64,000 bases of DNA from contig CAWJIE010000003.1 in assembly GCA_963842885.1 (NCBI GenBank), positions 1-64,000 of the forward strand. Reading direction: 5' to 3'. The stretch comes from an uncultured Nitrososphaerota archaeon (GTDB taxonomy: Archaea > Thermoproteota > Nitrososphaeria > Conexivisphaerales > DTJL01). Under the pieces are notes generated by a model, which was not told the DNA's origin, searched no databases, and saw only the letters and a list, made by a program, of their open reading frames with translations. Shown here in pieces: positions 20,911 through 31,069 of the stretch; the stretch's first letter is position 1, and each line of letters begins with the position of its first letter. Made by a program: the position numbers and the translations under genes.

Positions 20911-21255
20911 GTGACCGATGACGCCGCCGCAGTCAGATTGTTCGGACCCTGGTTAACAGAGCGATAATGACGTAAGAAGTTGAGGAAGAGGATTGTCACT
21001 GCACCCCCCCCCCCAAGCAGCCCTCTTTGTATATTTTTGTCAGGCAGGTCTTATTCTGCTTATGGTAAGTTATCTATTAAGATAAGTCAAATATCATGGT
21101 GAGTATCACATGACATAAGACAATCGTGTGGAAATCGACTTGACCAACATAGAAGTCAAGTACGCACTTTTCGTAATCGGCCAAAGCCTCCTTGGCAGTT
21201 ACAAGCCCGTCTACGGTTTTCCACGGAGAATCATGGAGCAGGCGGAGGGATCAGC

Positions 21256-21801
21256 TTGAACCTCAAGCTTTTCTCGCTTTTCACGATAATTGCCATTATG
21301 ATATTGGTCCCGGCGGTCTACCCAGTGCAGTGCCCGGAGTGCCACGGGACAGGCGTAATAAACCTGAGCGTCGTGGGGATGGAGAACATCAGGCTCATGA
21401 ACTTCACCTCGCTGCTTGTGAACACCGTGCGACTGGCATGCGGCACGTATGCGATGTACTACGTCAACCTGACCTTCACCCTCTCCAATGCCGCCGCGGT
21501 CCCAATCAACGCGTCAATGCTTGTTAATGCCAGTGTGCTTGCTAATGCCAGTCTCACCGAGTCTGGACTACTTATCTCACAGACTCCCTATACCTTCGAA
21601 GTCCCGGCGAATGCTTCGAATTTCGTCGCCACTGCACAGCTCCCTGTCCAGGTTTCCGTTCAGAACGATCCCGTCCTCCCGACGCTGTCCGTCTCCGCTG
21701 CACTCTTCCAGGCCAGCAACACGACGGTGACACTCCCGTGCCCCAAATGCCACGGAAAGGGCACGATCTCGTTACTCCAGCTGCTAGCAGGGGGCGGTTG
21801 A
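21256..21801 (+). CDS. Exported protein with two CxxCxGxG motifs
   Basis: Signal peptide; CPECHGTG and CPKCHGKG. Confidence 0.75.
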   Translation: MNLKLFSLFTIIAIMILVPAVYPVQCPECHGTGVINLSVVGMENIRLMNFTSLLVNTVRLACGTYAMYYVNLTFTLSNAAAVPINASMLVNASVLANASLTESGLLISQTPYTFEVPANASNFVATAQLPVQVSVQNDPVLPTLSVSAALFQASNTTVTLPCPKCHGKGTISLLQLLAGGG

Positions 21802-22282
21802 GCTTTCGAAGCCCTTTAGGATCACCCCCCTGATTGCAGGCCTCGCCACCGGCCTCTGGGCCGCGATCGCGGTGGGGATCCTGGCGATGGACGTCCCCGA
21901 GGCCTTCGGCATCTGCGGCATATCTCACCCGAGGGACATGATCGACTTCGTCTTCAACAAGCTTTTCGGCACCAACTTCTTTCTCTCGAACTACTCCCTC
22001 GTCATCCCTGTGCTGACCTATGTTGGCATCGTGTTCGGGGCGGCCCTCTCGGCATACCAGAAGAAGGAGCTGCGGCTCAGGTCGGTCCCTGACCGCGCCT
22101 CTCCTGTGGTATACGGCTTCGCGGTAGCCAACTTCGGCATGCTCATGGGCTTCTGCTCGGTCAGGGCGATCATGTTGCTGGCGTACGGGAACCTCCTGGC
22201 CGTGCCCGGGCTGGTCGGGATCCTCATAGGGGTGGTCCTCGCCTGCCGCTATGTCAAATGGAGGGTGAAAGCACGGGACTAG
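21798..22282 (+). CDS. YeeE/YedE sulfur-compound transporter half (frameshift near 21805)
   Basis: AFGIC..SHPRD and GFCSVRA; TTG start overlapping upstream TGA. Confidence 0.8.
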
Positions 22283-22713
22283 AGATCAACGTCGCGACGC
22301 TGATCGCCGGCGGGATCATAGGCTACTTGTGGCAGCGCTCGAAGGCTTGCTCAATCTCCGGCTACAGGGACTTCTACCTCTTCAAGGACACCTACCTGCT
22401 GAAGACGGTCCTGGGGATGTTCGTGGGTGCCCTTATTGGGTTCGTCGTCCTGAAGTCCTTCAGCCCTAACGAAGGCAACTTCCTCTCACTGCTCAATACC
22501 CCGGGCCTCACGCTTGATACGATGTTACTGATCTTCATAGGCGGAATAGGCTTCGGGCTCTTCTCCGTCCTCGCCGGAGGGTGCCCGACCAAACAGCACG
22601 TGGCAGCTGCCAGCGGCTCCAAGACCTCCATGCTCTACCTTCTGGGTTTTTATGCCGGCCTGATCTACTTCCAAGTGGCAATCCTTGCATACCTTCTGTC
22701 GGTACTTAGCTAG
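22258..22713 (+). CDS. YeeE/YedE sulfur-compound transporter half
   Basis: QRSKACSISGYRD and SVLAGGCP motifs. Confidence 0.9.
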   Translation: MEGESTGLEINVATLIAGGIIGYLWQRSKACSISGYRDFYLFKDTYLLKTVLGMFVGALIGFVVLKSFSPNEGNFLSLLNTPGLTLDTMLLIFIGGIGFGLFSVLAGGCPTKQHVAAASGSKTSMLYLLGFYAGLIYFQVAILAYLLSVLS

Positions 22714-23148
22714 CGCCCTCTTCCTGATCGGAGGCGTTCTTGGCCAGCCGGGCCCCTTCGCCTCCAACCTTGGCGCCACCCGCGCAAGGATCCCAGCGGC
22801 GCTGTTCATGAGCCCGTCCTGAGCCCACCGCCAAATCCCAAGCCGCACTTCGTGTACCCCGTTGATGTTGCCGGGAGCTATCAACTGAAACTGTCCCAGT
22901 CCCAGGCGTACCCCATGGTGGAGGCAAAAGTCAAGATGGTCATCAAGAAACCCAAGCCCAAGGGCGAGCCTGGGGGCAGCGGAGACCAACCAGCAACCGG
23001 CGGGCAACAGAGCTAGAGCCGACCGCACTTGTGAAGGAGGCTGGACAGAGCTACGCTGACGAGATTTCCTTCGACAACATAGGCTCGTTCATCCTGGCCC
23101 AGGGGGAGAGAGCAGGAACAAAGGCAGCGAGTAGCCAACAAGGGACGG

Positions 23149-23711
23149 CTAGGAACCAAGGAGCAGCTTGTAGAGTCGAGCGGCTTCTTCAGGACCCAAG
23201 TGCGACACCCTTCTTGCAGACAAGTCTTCATGAGTCAAACCAACCTCCCTGAATGCGTGGGCCCTTGAGTAGCCTTCGCGGCCCAACCATCTCGACTTTT
23301 CTGGATCCCCAACGACGATCCCGTAGGGCCTAATGCCCTTAGTCCTCTCCTTGTCGCCCCTGAGATGACTTTTCAGGCTGCTACTGTATTTCCTCTTGTA
23401 TGCCTCCGAGAACCTGTTGTCCCTTTGCAGGGTCTGCTCACTGCCGATTATCTCTGCAACGAAGAGAACGCCTGTGCAGAAGTACCCCCTGTCACCCAGT
23501 CCCACTTCACGGAGCCCTCTCATCTTCGGGACGAAGAAGAGGATGTCGCCAGCTTGACCCTCCTCCTGACATAGGGCCCACATATCGCCCAAACGGGGAA
23601 ACCGTTCGTCGAAAAGTCGGGGTCCTCTAGCCCACACCCATTGTCAGCACCGTCTCTGAGGTCGCTCCATTTTGAAGGGTTAGCATCGTATTTGAATGTG
23701 ATTCCCTTCAA
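23149..23711 (-). CDS. Nucleotide-modification-associated (Nmad2-like) protein, frameshift near 23560
   Basis: YDAN..DPDF..WAICGPYVRRRVK joined to GDILFFV..FCTGVLFV across frames. Confidence 0.55.
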
Positions 23712-23864
23712 CGCATTGAGAGAATCGTTGGTGAACTAAATAGTCCTTTCCTCTACAGGAGCCACGAGATTCCATCGCCACCGGCTGACAAAGGATATCA
23801 TAACTCTTACCAGCAGTAACAGATGTCGATTGCTATCGTGAGCGCGTGCCAACTTTCATTCTCG

Positions 23865-23972
23865 TTGAACTGAGAGATTGCCTTCAATAACATAGAGATG
23901 ATTAAGCGAGAGTCGTCATTGTCGGTCAGCTCGATGATATTGATTTCTTCTCCACCAGCAACAGGCATCCAG
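23865..23972 (+). repeat. Near full-length copy of dispersed repeat
   Basis: TTGCCTTCAATAACATAGAGATGATTAAGCGAGAGTCGTCATTGTCGGTCAGCTCGATGATATTGATTTCTTCTCCACCAGCAACAGGCATCC. Confidence 0.85.
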
Positions 23973-24143
23973 AAGTACCCATGAAAGCGCAATTCGTGTT
24001 TGTCTAAGCTACAGGTTGGGCAGAATTAAGACCGTCCCATCGAAGAAGGGGTACTCTCCTGAGAGCTTGTATCCTTTTCCGGGCTACCACTACTTTGGTT
24101 AGGTGGCACTTGGCATCTCTCATCCGCCAATACAGGTCTTTCT

Positions 24144-24884
24144 CTAAGGGAGGGTGATGCTGCTGGTTACGGTCACGTTCACCAGCATCTCGAGCGGTTC
24201 AACTATGCCGCCGCATCCGGAATTCTCCCCTTCAAACCAGAGAACGTACTGTCCCTGGGGCAGGTCCACCGAGAAACTTGCGGCATTGACCGGCCCGCTC
24301 GAGTAGATCCATGAAGAAGGATGGCCCTGCACGACATCTCCGGCCTGCTGGGCCGTAGACACGTAAAGTGTTACGAAACCAGTGGCATTGAACCCGCCCT
24401 CGAGCGTGGAGGCCTTGACTACATCGAAGACCTCGGAATAATGCGTGGCCAAGCAATCCCAGCTGGATTGAACTGTGAACGAGGTTCCGGCTGCCATTAA
24501 GACCGCGGTCATGTGGGCTTCCGCAAGCAGGAAGTTCAGGTTGGCTATTGCGTCGGACTGGCGTCGGATCGTGTTCTGTTGCCAGACCGTCACGGACCCG
24601 AGCAGGATTACAGACGCGACAAGGACGACAAGGATGGCGCGGGTGACGGTTGCTCCATCCTTTCCTCTGCTAGTTTCCACTCCCCTTGATCCGGTTCCAT
24701 CAACGCTTGCCGAATAGGCCATTGCATTGGACAACGTGGCAGGCAGATATAGTTCTACGTCCGTGAACGAACCTCCGATCCCAGTCTGGGCGCCTAGCTG
24801 GCGAAGCTCGGTCACGATGCAGGCTCGGGCTTCCACGAGCCCGCTCCAGGTCTCGTGCATCGAGTGGCCCTGCAACGGACCCAC
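24144..24884 (-). CDS. Membrane-anchored hypothetical protein (true start likely near 24680-24720)
   Basis: TM segment then beta-sandwich-like domain (LPQGQYVLWF). Confidence 0.6.
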   Translation of the reverse strand: MGPLQGHSMHETWSGLVEARACIVTELRQLGAQTGIGGSFTDVELYLPATLSNAMAYSASVDGTGSRGVETSRGKDGATVTRAILVVLVASVILLGSVTVWQQNTIRRQSDAIANLNFLLAEAHMTAVLMAAGTSFTVQSSWDCLATHYSEVFDVVKASTLEGGFNATGFVTLYVSTAQQAGDVVQGHPSSWIYSSGPVNAASFSVDLPQGQYVLWFEGENSGCGGIVEPLEMLVNVTVTSSITLP

Positions 24885-24999
24885 CTAAACAATGGTGCCC
24901 TCCGATCAATTGCCGTCTGCTGAGTAGTATGGTGGTTTGACCCGCTGCCTTGACTGTCATGAAAGGCTTAAAGACAGGCACGGTTTTGTGAAAGGTCGT

Positions 25000-25596
25000 A
25001 TGACTCGGTCCCAGCTAAGTAGATCACAGAAGGACTTTGTGCTGAAGAGGCAGAACTACAAATGCGCGATGTGCGGCAAACAGCTAAGACCTCTCGGATC
25101 AGTGCGACCAGTATTCGGCTATGTGGAGCCTTTGGCTCTCGGTGGCCCTTCCAGGGCGGGCAACGCTCAGGCGCTCTGTCCTGATTGTAATGCCATCAAG
25201 ACTAAGAAGGACAAAGTCAGAATTGCCGATGAGAAGAAGCGAGCGAAAGCCAATGAGCAGAAGATTGACGAGTTCACGCCGACTTTGAGCGTTTTCAGAG
25301 CAGCTGCGAGGAGTGACCTGAAGATGTCTCCTTTGCCTGGGCATTTCTATTGGGACATCGTCGTCCACAATGTGGGACCAGGCAAGGCGGTTGCAGTGAA
25401 CGTGAGCGCCGCCAACAGTGGGGGGAAACAGGTGGCCTCTTCTTCCACACCACTATTGAAGGTTGACGAAGAGGTCAGGGTACCCGTTGTGTACGATCCG
25501 CTTGGGTCTGAATCTTGGAATGTGAAAGTCGGCTATTCTGACATGCGGAAGAGAAAATACGCCGACGTCGAAGTCTCATTCGACAATAGTCCTTGA
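25000..25596 (+). CDS. HNH endonuclease-like protein with C-terminal Ig-like domain
   Basis: CAMCG..PLALGG..NAQALCPDCN; C-terminal VHNVGPGKA. Confidence 0.8.
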   Translation: MTRSQLSRSQKDFVLKRQNYKCAMCGKQLRPLGSVRPVFGYVEPLALGGPSRAGNAQALCPDCNAIKTKKDKVRIADEKKRAKANEQKIDEFTPTLSVFRAAARSDLKMSPLPGHFYWDIVVHNVGPGKAVAVNVSAANSGGKQVASSSTPLLKVDEEVRVPVVYDPLGSESWNVKVGYSDMRKRKYADVEVSFDNSP

Positions 25597-25737
25597 ACAT
25601 CTGTGATCTCAGACATTGCGGGCTTGCCGAGTACACGAACACAGACTCGAGAGTTCATCTTCATCTCACGCATTTGTGAGGTCCGCACCTATTCGGGCAC
25701 TAATCCCACCGGGCCCGCTGCTCGGCCTGGCACTCCT

Positions 25738-25802
25738 TCAGTTAACCTATTGCCTTCAATAACTCAAAGAAAAATGAAGTCAGCCCATTCGCAGGTCCAA
25801 GC
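25738..25802 (+). repeat. Internally deleted dispersed repeat (5' end joined to 3' motif)
   Basis: TCAGTTAACCTATTGCCTTCAATAAC...GCCCATTCGCAGGTCCAAGC. Confidence 0.8.
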
Positions 25803-25864
25803 TCTTCGACTGTCCGCGATAATGGAGTGAAATCTCCGCTAACTCTACAAGAGGCCTCGAATCA

Positions 25865-26323
25865 TTATAGCTTGAATCGGGTCTCGATTTTTACAAGACC
25901 CGTCGCGGCCCAGACCGTGGCGTCCTCCACGCCGGGAATCATCTTGATCCTCCGTTTAAGTTCGTTCAAGTGTTTCATGTCTTTGGCGTGGACGACGGCT
26001 ATCGCATCATATTCCCCGGTCGTCTGGAAGACGTGATGTGATTCTTCGAAGGAGGCCAAGTGGCGTACCGCGTCGCTCAAGAGCATCGGGTTGGTCTTGA
26101 CCAGTACTACGGCGGTCACGTTCATTCCAATTCTCCTCGGGTCGAGCAGGGCCGTCATCCTGGTGATCACCTTGTCATCGGACAGACGTTTTAGCCTGTA
26201 TCTTACGGTCGACTCGGCAACCCCCGTCCGCTCTGCAATCTCCGCGGAAGAGATACGCGCATCATCCTGAAGCAGGTTCAGAATGCCCTTGTCGATTTCA
26301 TCGAGACCCTTCGGCAAATCCAT
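25865..26323 (-). CDS. Lrp/AsnC transcriptional regulator
   Basis: LDEIDKGIL..DARIS..EIA..STV..RLKRL; TTGEYD. Confidence 0.95.
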   Translation of the reverse strand: MDLPKGLDEIDKGILNLLQDDARISSAEIAERTGVAESTVRYRLKRLSDDKVITRMTALLDPRRIGMNVTAVVLVKTNPMLLSDAVRHLASFEESHHVFQTTGEYDAIAVVHAKDMKHLNELKRRIKMIPGVEDATVWAATGLVKIETRFKL

Positions 26324-26566
26324 TAGAGGTTGGTTGAATCGTGCTTATAATCGTAGGCCTGACAGGGTCCGCTAAGTTGTCGGTCGATGATGAGAGGTTT
26401 CGGTGTCCAGTCAGCAGCGTGTTGGAGGAGATTCGGGCCAGGCTTCGGACGCGTGATGACACGCGGGCCACCGAAGCCGATATCTGCGGAATACGCAATA
26501 ACAATAGATGAATTCAGCGAAAACAGCAGATTTATAAGGCCATCCACCCTAGCGTCCTGACTTGAA

Positions 26567-27280
26567 TTGGCCAACTACATCCCGCTGCTGACCACCGCAG
26601 TGGCTTTCGTCTTCTCCTTCCTCCTCGCCCGCCAGTACCTGCAGAGGCGCAGGGTTCACCAGCTCCTTTGGACGGTCGCCATGCTCTTCTACTCAATCTC
26701 GGCGTTCATGGAGTTCCTCATGAACCCCGACGTGATGGGGGCGAACCTCTCCCTGTTCAGGGTCTACTACATCCTGGCTGCGCCCCTGGTGGGCCTGCTG
26801 GGCGCGGGTGTGGTGTACCTCCTCTTGAAGAAGGGCGTGGCCAGGCTCTTCCTCGGTTTCGTGGTTGTGTTCTCCCTGGCCTTGGTAGCCACGGGCCTGA
26901 CCACGCCCCTCGATGCATCGACCTTCATCGGTGGCTTCGGCGGGGGGCTGGCGCAGGGCATCAGCGCCGCCTCTAGCCTCTATCCCATGACCGTGAGGGT
27001 CTTCGCCATCGTCCTGAACTCCGTCGGGGGCCTGGCCTTGATCGTTGGTGCCCTCTACAGCTTCCTGAGAGACATGAGCAGGACCTACAACCTCTTCATC
27101 GCCGTCGGGGGCGTGCTGCCGATGGCGGGGGGAGCCCTTCTGGGGTTCTTCGAAAGCAGTGACCTGTTCTTTGGGTTCGAGCTGGGAGGGACGGTCTTCC
27201 TCTTCCTGGGCTTCCTGTTGAGCGCGAGATACATCGCAAGGAGGGAGGCCGCGAGGCCGGCACCGACCTCCGACCCTTGA
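26567..27280 (+). CDS. Multi-pass membrane protein
   Basis: About 7 hydrophobic segments; TTTATAA box at 26531. Confidence 0.8.
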   Translation: MANYIPLLTTAVAFVFSFLLARQYLQRRRVHQLLWTVAMLFYSISAFMEFLMNPDVMGANLSLFRVYYILAAPLVGLLGAGVVYLLLKKGVARLFLGFVVVFSLALVATGLTTPLDASTFIGGFGGGLAQGISAASSLYPMTVRVFAIVLNSVGGLALIVGALYSFLRDMSRTYNLFIAVGGVLPMAGGALLGFFESSDLFFGFELGGTVFLFLGFLLSARYIARREAARPAPTSDP

Positions 27281-27400
27281 CCTATAGGGATGCTGCCAGC
27301 AGCGGCCTTCGATATCTCCTCTCAGGATTGAAGGGGTTCGGCCACCTAGAAACCTGACTGCAGAGACGGTGCGATCGGCGCTGAGGTTGGGGGATGGCGC

Positions 27401-28624
27401 TCATCTGGTCATTGTTCTTCTGAACACGGGCACGGCGATCGCGGTCATGACGATCCCGAACGCTATCATCACCGCAAGGTCAGTGGTCAAATCCGGTATC
27501 CCCGCTCCCAGCACCATGACCTTCCTCAGGGCATCGGACGCATAGGTCAGGGGTAGTACCTTCGAGATGTCCTGCATGTACCACGGCATCTCCTGTATGG
27601 GGAAGAATACGCCGCTGAGGAACATCATCGGGAAGATCAACGTGGTAACCATCATGGTCGCTGTCCCTTGGTCTTTCGCGAACGAAGTGATCACGATGCC
27701 CAGACCGACGAAGCTGAATACACCCAGCAGGAGCAGCCCAAAGACCAGGAAGATGTTTCCGTGAATCGTGACGCCAAACAGGCCAACTGCCAGCGCCAGG
27801 ATGATGACCCCTTGCAGTAAGCCCCTAGCGGTCTGGCCCAAGGACTTCCCCAGTATTATGGAGAGCCTGTTGATCGGCGCCACCATCATCCCGTCCATGG
27901 TGCCGACTTCCTTCTCCTGGGATATGGCCGCGGGCAACCCCGTCATGACGCTCATCATGACGGTCATGGCCATTATGCCAGGAGCTACGAAGTTGAAATA
28001 GTTGGTGCTTCCAGAGACGACACCCTGTGCCTGCACCTTGTAGGGCTCTACGATTGCCAGGGAGTTGCTTTCATTGACGGCCGGGCTGAGTAGCTGGACG
28101 TTCTGTTGAGCCAGCATGGTGCCCATCTGATTGAATACGCTGGAAAGGACCGTCTGGATGGTCGCGGATATCTGCGGATTGGACTGGTCCGTCACTATGG
28201 TAAGAGTCCCCTGTTCTCCACCAAGGATGCTGGCAGTGAAGTTGCTGGGGATGATGATCCCGCCTTCGATGTCACCCTTCTGGATCATGGTCTTGACGTC
28301 GCTCAAGCTTGACGCGTTGGAAAGGACCATCATGCCGGTCTTGTTGTTGATCTGCTGGAGTATCGCAATGAAAGTCCGGCTGGCGACGTACGAACCGTTG
28401 TACCCGACATCCTGATTCACAACGGCGATGGGAACGTTGCTCAAAGAGGCGGCGTTGGATGGAAATATGAAGCCAACCATGCCCATCATGAACAGAGGCA
28501 TTATGATGAGCAAGGCCAGCCCGAGCCTGTTTCTGAACAGCTCCAGCAGGTCCTTCCAAGCTATTCGCAGGCTATGTGAAAGCAGAGTCTTTGCGCCCAT
28601 CTCTCTCACCCATTCCTCCTTCAA
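27401..28624 (-). CDS. ABC-2 type exporter permease
   Basis: EKEVGT, FLSGVFFP, PLTYASDALR. Confidence 0.93.
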   Translation of the reverse strand: MKEEWVREMGAKTLLSHSLRIAWKDLLELFRNRLGLALLIIMPLFMMGMVGFIFPSNAASLSNVPIAVVNQDVGYNGSYVASRTFIAILQQINNKTGMMVLSNASSLSDVKTMIQKGDIEGGIIIPSNFTASILGGEQGTLTIVTDQSNPQISATIQTVLSSVFNQMGTMLAQQNVQLLSPAVNESNSLAIVEPYKVQAQGVVSGSTNYFNFVAPGIMAMTVMMSVMTGLPAAISQEKEVGTMDGMMVAPINRLSIILGKSLGQTARGLLQGVIILALAVGLFGVTIHGNIFLVFGLLLLGVFSFVGLGIVITSFAKDQGTATMMVTTLIFPMMFLSGVFFPIQEMPWYMQDISKVLPLTYASDALRKVMVLGAGIPDLTTDLAVMIAFGIVMTAIAVPVFRRTMTR

Positions 28625-29625
28625 GGCCTCATGAACCGTCGGTGCGGCGCGATCGATATCTTCTGGTCCGCAGCGTCTCTTACCTCATGACCGGTTATGT
28701 GCAGGAAGACATCCTCGAGGGTGGGCTGCAGGTTCTCCATCGATGCGATCTTGCCGCCTTTCGCTCTTATCGCGTCGACTACGCTGTCGAAGGCGTCGTC
28801 GCCGTGGGCAAGGACCTTGATATGAGTGGAGTTCTCTTGTGAGACGGAGCCCACACTCTCCAACGCCCTTAACCCGGCGAGGAGATCGGGTGTAACGTTC
28901 GAGATATCCAGTTTCAATACCGTAGTGTTCGCCCCTGTAATCATCTTCTTCAGGTTCGTCGACGTGTCGAGGGCCACGATCTTCCCGTGGTCCACGATGG
29001 CTATACGGTCACAGAGCATGTCGGCGTCGACCATCGTATGCGTCGTTATGATTACGGTGGCATGATTCTCTCTGTTGAGTTTCTTTATGAAGTCCCTGAT
29101 TTCGACGGAAGACTGAGGGTCCAAGCCTAGCGTCGGCTCGTCAAGGAAGAGAACCTGCGGCATGTTGAGCAACGCACGTATCACGTTCATCCTCTGTCGC
29201 ATGCCGGTCGAAAAGGTGCCTACCTGGGCGTTCTTCCACTTTGTCAGCTGAACCAGCTCAAGGAGCTCGTCAGTTCTCTTTGCTAGAACGTCTTTGGGAA
29301 TATCGAAGAGGCTCCCGAAGAACCAGAGGTTCTCTCTGGCCGTGAGCCGATCGTACATTATCATCTTCTCCGAGACGATGCCGATCAGCTTCCGCACTTC
29401 GGTGTCTTCCTTCACGATATCATAACCGCCGACCCTGGCAGTCCCCTTCGTGGGCCTTGCCAAGGTGGAGAGCATCCGGAGGGTCGTGCTCTTCCCTGCC
29501 CCGTTGGGTCCCAGCAGGCCGAACACCTCGCCCTTCTTGACGTCGAACGAAATGCCGTCAACCGCCACAAACTCGTCGAACATCTTCGTAAGGTTCTCAA
29601 CTTCGATTATTGGCTCGTTTTCCAA
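28621..29625 (-). CDS. ABC exporter ATP-binding protein (DrrA-like)
   Basis: GPNGAGKST, FSTGMRQR, FLDEPT, PTLEDVF. Confidence 0.96.
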   Translation of the reverse strand: MENEPIIEVENLTKMFDEFVAVDGISFDVKKGEVFGLLGPNGAGKSTTLRMLSTLARPTKGTARVGGYDIVKEDTEVRKLIGIVSEKMIMYDRLTARENLWFFGSLFDIPKDVLAKRTDELLELVQLTKWKNAQVGTFSTGMRQRMNVIRALLNMPQVLFLDEPTLGLDPQSSVEIRDFIKKLNRENHATVIITTHTMVDADMLCDRIAIVDHGKIVALDTSTNLKKMITGANTTVLKLDISNVTPDLLAGLRALESVGSVSQENSTHIKVLAHGDDAFDSVVDAIRAKGGKIASMENLQPTLEDVFLHITGHEVRDAADQKISIAPHRRFMRP

Positions 29626-29656
29626 GATGGATTCACCGGGATACTATGTCCGCTGC

Positions 29657-29687
29657 GATATATCCGAACGAGATATAAATATATCGA
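29657..29687. promoter_or_regulatory. Divergent promoter with inverted repeat, probable PadR operator
   Basis: CGATATAT...ATATATCG overlapping TATAAATA between ABC and padR genes. Confidence 0.5.
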
Positions 29688-29710
29688 TAGCATACTGTCG
29701 CAGGAAAGCC

Positions 29711-30286
29711 ATGCTCAGGCGTGATGAGGAGAAGACGGCCTCGAACTGGATCAAGGAGGCCTCAAAAGGGTACATTCGGGTCGCAGTGCTAATCCTCCTC
29801 AGCAAGCAGCCAGCTCACGGCTATGAAATCATGAAGGAGATCAAAGACAGGACCCAAGGCTCGTGGATGCCCACCCCTGGCGGCGTCTATCCCATACTTA
29901 GAGACCTGGAGAAGGCCGGATACATAAGGGGGAAATGGTCCACCCAGAAGAACAGGAAGATAAAGGTCTACGAAATCACCGAAGCAGGAAGGCTCATCTT
30001 CAAGCGGGCCATCGAAAAGCAGAGCGAGCTGGCCAACAGCATGAACGCCCTGTTCCGGGAGTTCGCGAAAGACGTCTTGAACATGGGGCCAACAACGCTG
30101 CCGATGCCCGCCATGCCAACCCCATTCTCGCCGTTCCTTGAGGAGAAGGAGCATAGAGGTAAGGGCGGATCAGAAGACCTGGTGCAGAAACAACGCTACC
30201 TGAAACGCACCATTGCAATGTTGAAGGAGGAGCTTCGAACGACGGACCATGAGCTGGCAAGAAAGCGTCCTGACTCAAGTGGGTAA
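29711..30286 (+). CDS. PadR family regulator
   Basis: HGYEIM..PGGVYPIL..YEITEAG. Confidence 0.93.
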   Translation: MLRRDEEKTASNWIKEASKGYIRVAVLILLSKQPAHGYEIMKEIKDRTQGSWMPTPGGVYPILRDLEKAGYIRGKWSTQKNRKIKVYEITEAGRLIFKRAIEKQSELANSMNALFREFAKDVLNMGPTTLPMPAMPTPFSPFLEEKEHRGKGGSEDLVQKQRYLKRTIAMLKEELRTTDHELARKRPDSSG

Positions 30287-30297
30287 GCGAAGCAGAA

Positions 30298-30930
30298 ATG
30301 AGGATCGCTATCTTTGGAGCGACCGGGGGGACGGGCAAGCAGCTCATTGAACAGGCGCTTGAAGCAGGATATGAAGTTGTAGCCTACGCGCGGAACCCAT
30401 CCAAGCTCGACATCCGCCATGAGCATCTGAAGGTCATCCAGGGCGAATTGGCCGATGCGGCGTTGATTGAAAGTGCAGTGAGCGGGGTAGACGTGGTGAT
30501 CAGCGCGCTGGGTCCACGGGGTGGCTCAAAGGGGAGGCCAGTCACGCAAGGGATGAAGAACATCATCGTCTCCATGAAGAAACAGGGCGTAAGCAGACTC
30601 ATCGTCACCTCGACTTTGAGCGCTAAGGACCCAAATGACAGGTCGGATTTCAAGACCCAGACTATGGTCGGACTTGTAAAGTTAACGATGCGCGACGCAT
30701 ACGAAGACATAGTCAGCGCTGCGGAAGCGGTCCGCAATTCCGATCTCGATTGGACGATCGTGCGCCTGTCAATGCTCAACAACAACGTCAAATCTGGAAA
30801 AGTCAGGGCTGGCTATGTAGGCACGGGTGAGGTGGGCACTTCCATCTCCCGCGCGGACGTCGCTTACTTCATGCTCAAACAAGTGGAAGACAGGAAGTTC
30901 TTGCGGCAAGCGCCTGCGATAAGCAACTAG
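30298..30930 (+). CDS. NAD(P)H-binding SDR / flavin reductase-like protein
   Basis: IFGATGGTG, LDWTIVR, ISRADVA. Confidence 0.93.
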   Translation: MRIAIFGATGGTGKQLIEQALEAGYEVVAYARNPSKLDIRHEHLKVIQGELADAALIESAVSGVDVVISALGPRGGSKGRPVTQGMKNIIVSMKKQGVSRLIVTSTLSAKDPNDRSDFKTQTMVGLVKLTMRDAYEDIVSAAEAVRNSDLDWTIVRLSMLNNNVKSGKVRAGYVGTGEVGTSISRADVAYFMLKQVEDRKFLRQAPAISN

Positions 30931-30971
30931 CATACGATACGAAGTGTGTGTTGTGGTTGAACCACCAGTTT

Positions 30972-31050
30972 CATGTATCAATGACGATGGAGTCGTCATC
31001 GTCGGTCAGGTTGATGATGTTGGTTTCTTCTCCAGCAGCAGGTATCCAAG
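30972..31050 (+). repeat. Dispersed repeat copy
   Basis: GAGTCGTCATCGTCGGTCAGGTTGATGATGTTGGTTTCTTCTCCAGCAGCAGGTATCCAAG. Confidence 0.8.
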
Positions 31051-31069
31051 AAGGCACCTTACGCTTGGG

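Noticed and set aside
21004-21014. Poly-C tract as phase-variation switch
   Set aside because: Intergenic, far from a start codon, and homopolymer length is unreliable in this assembly
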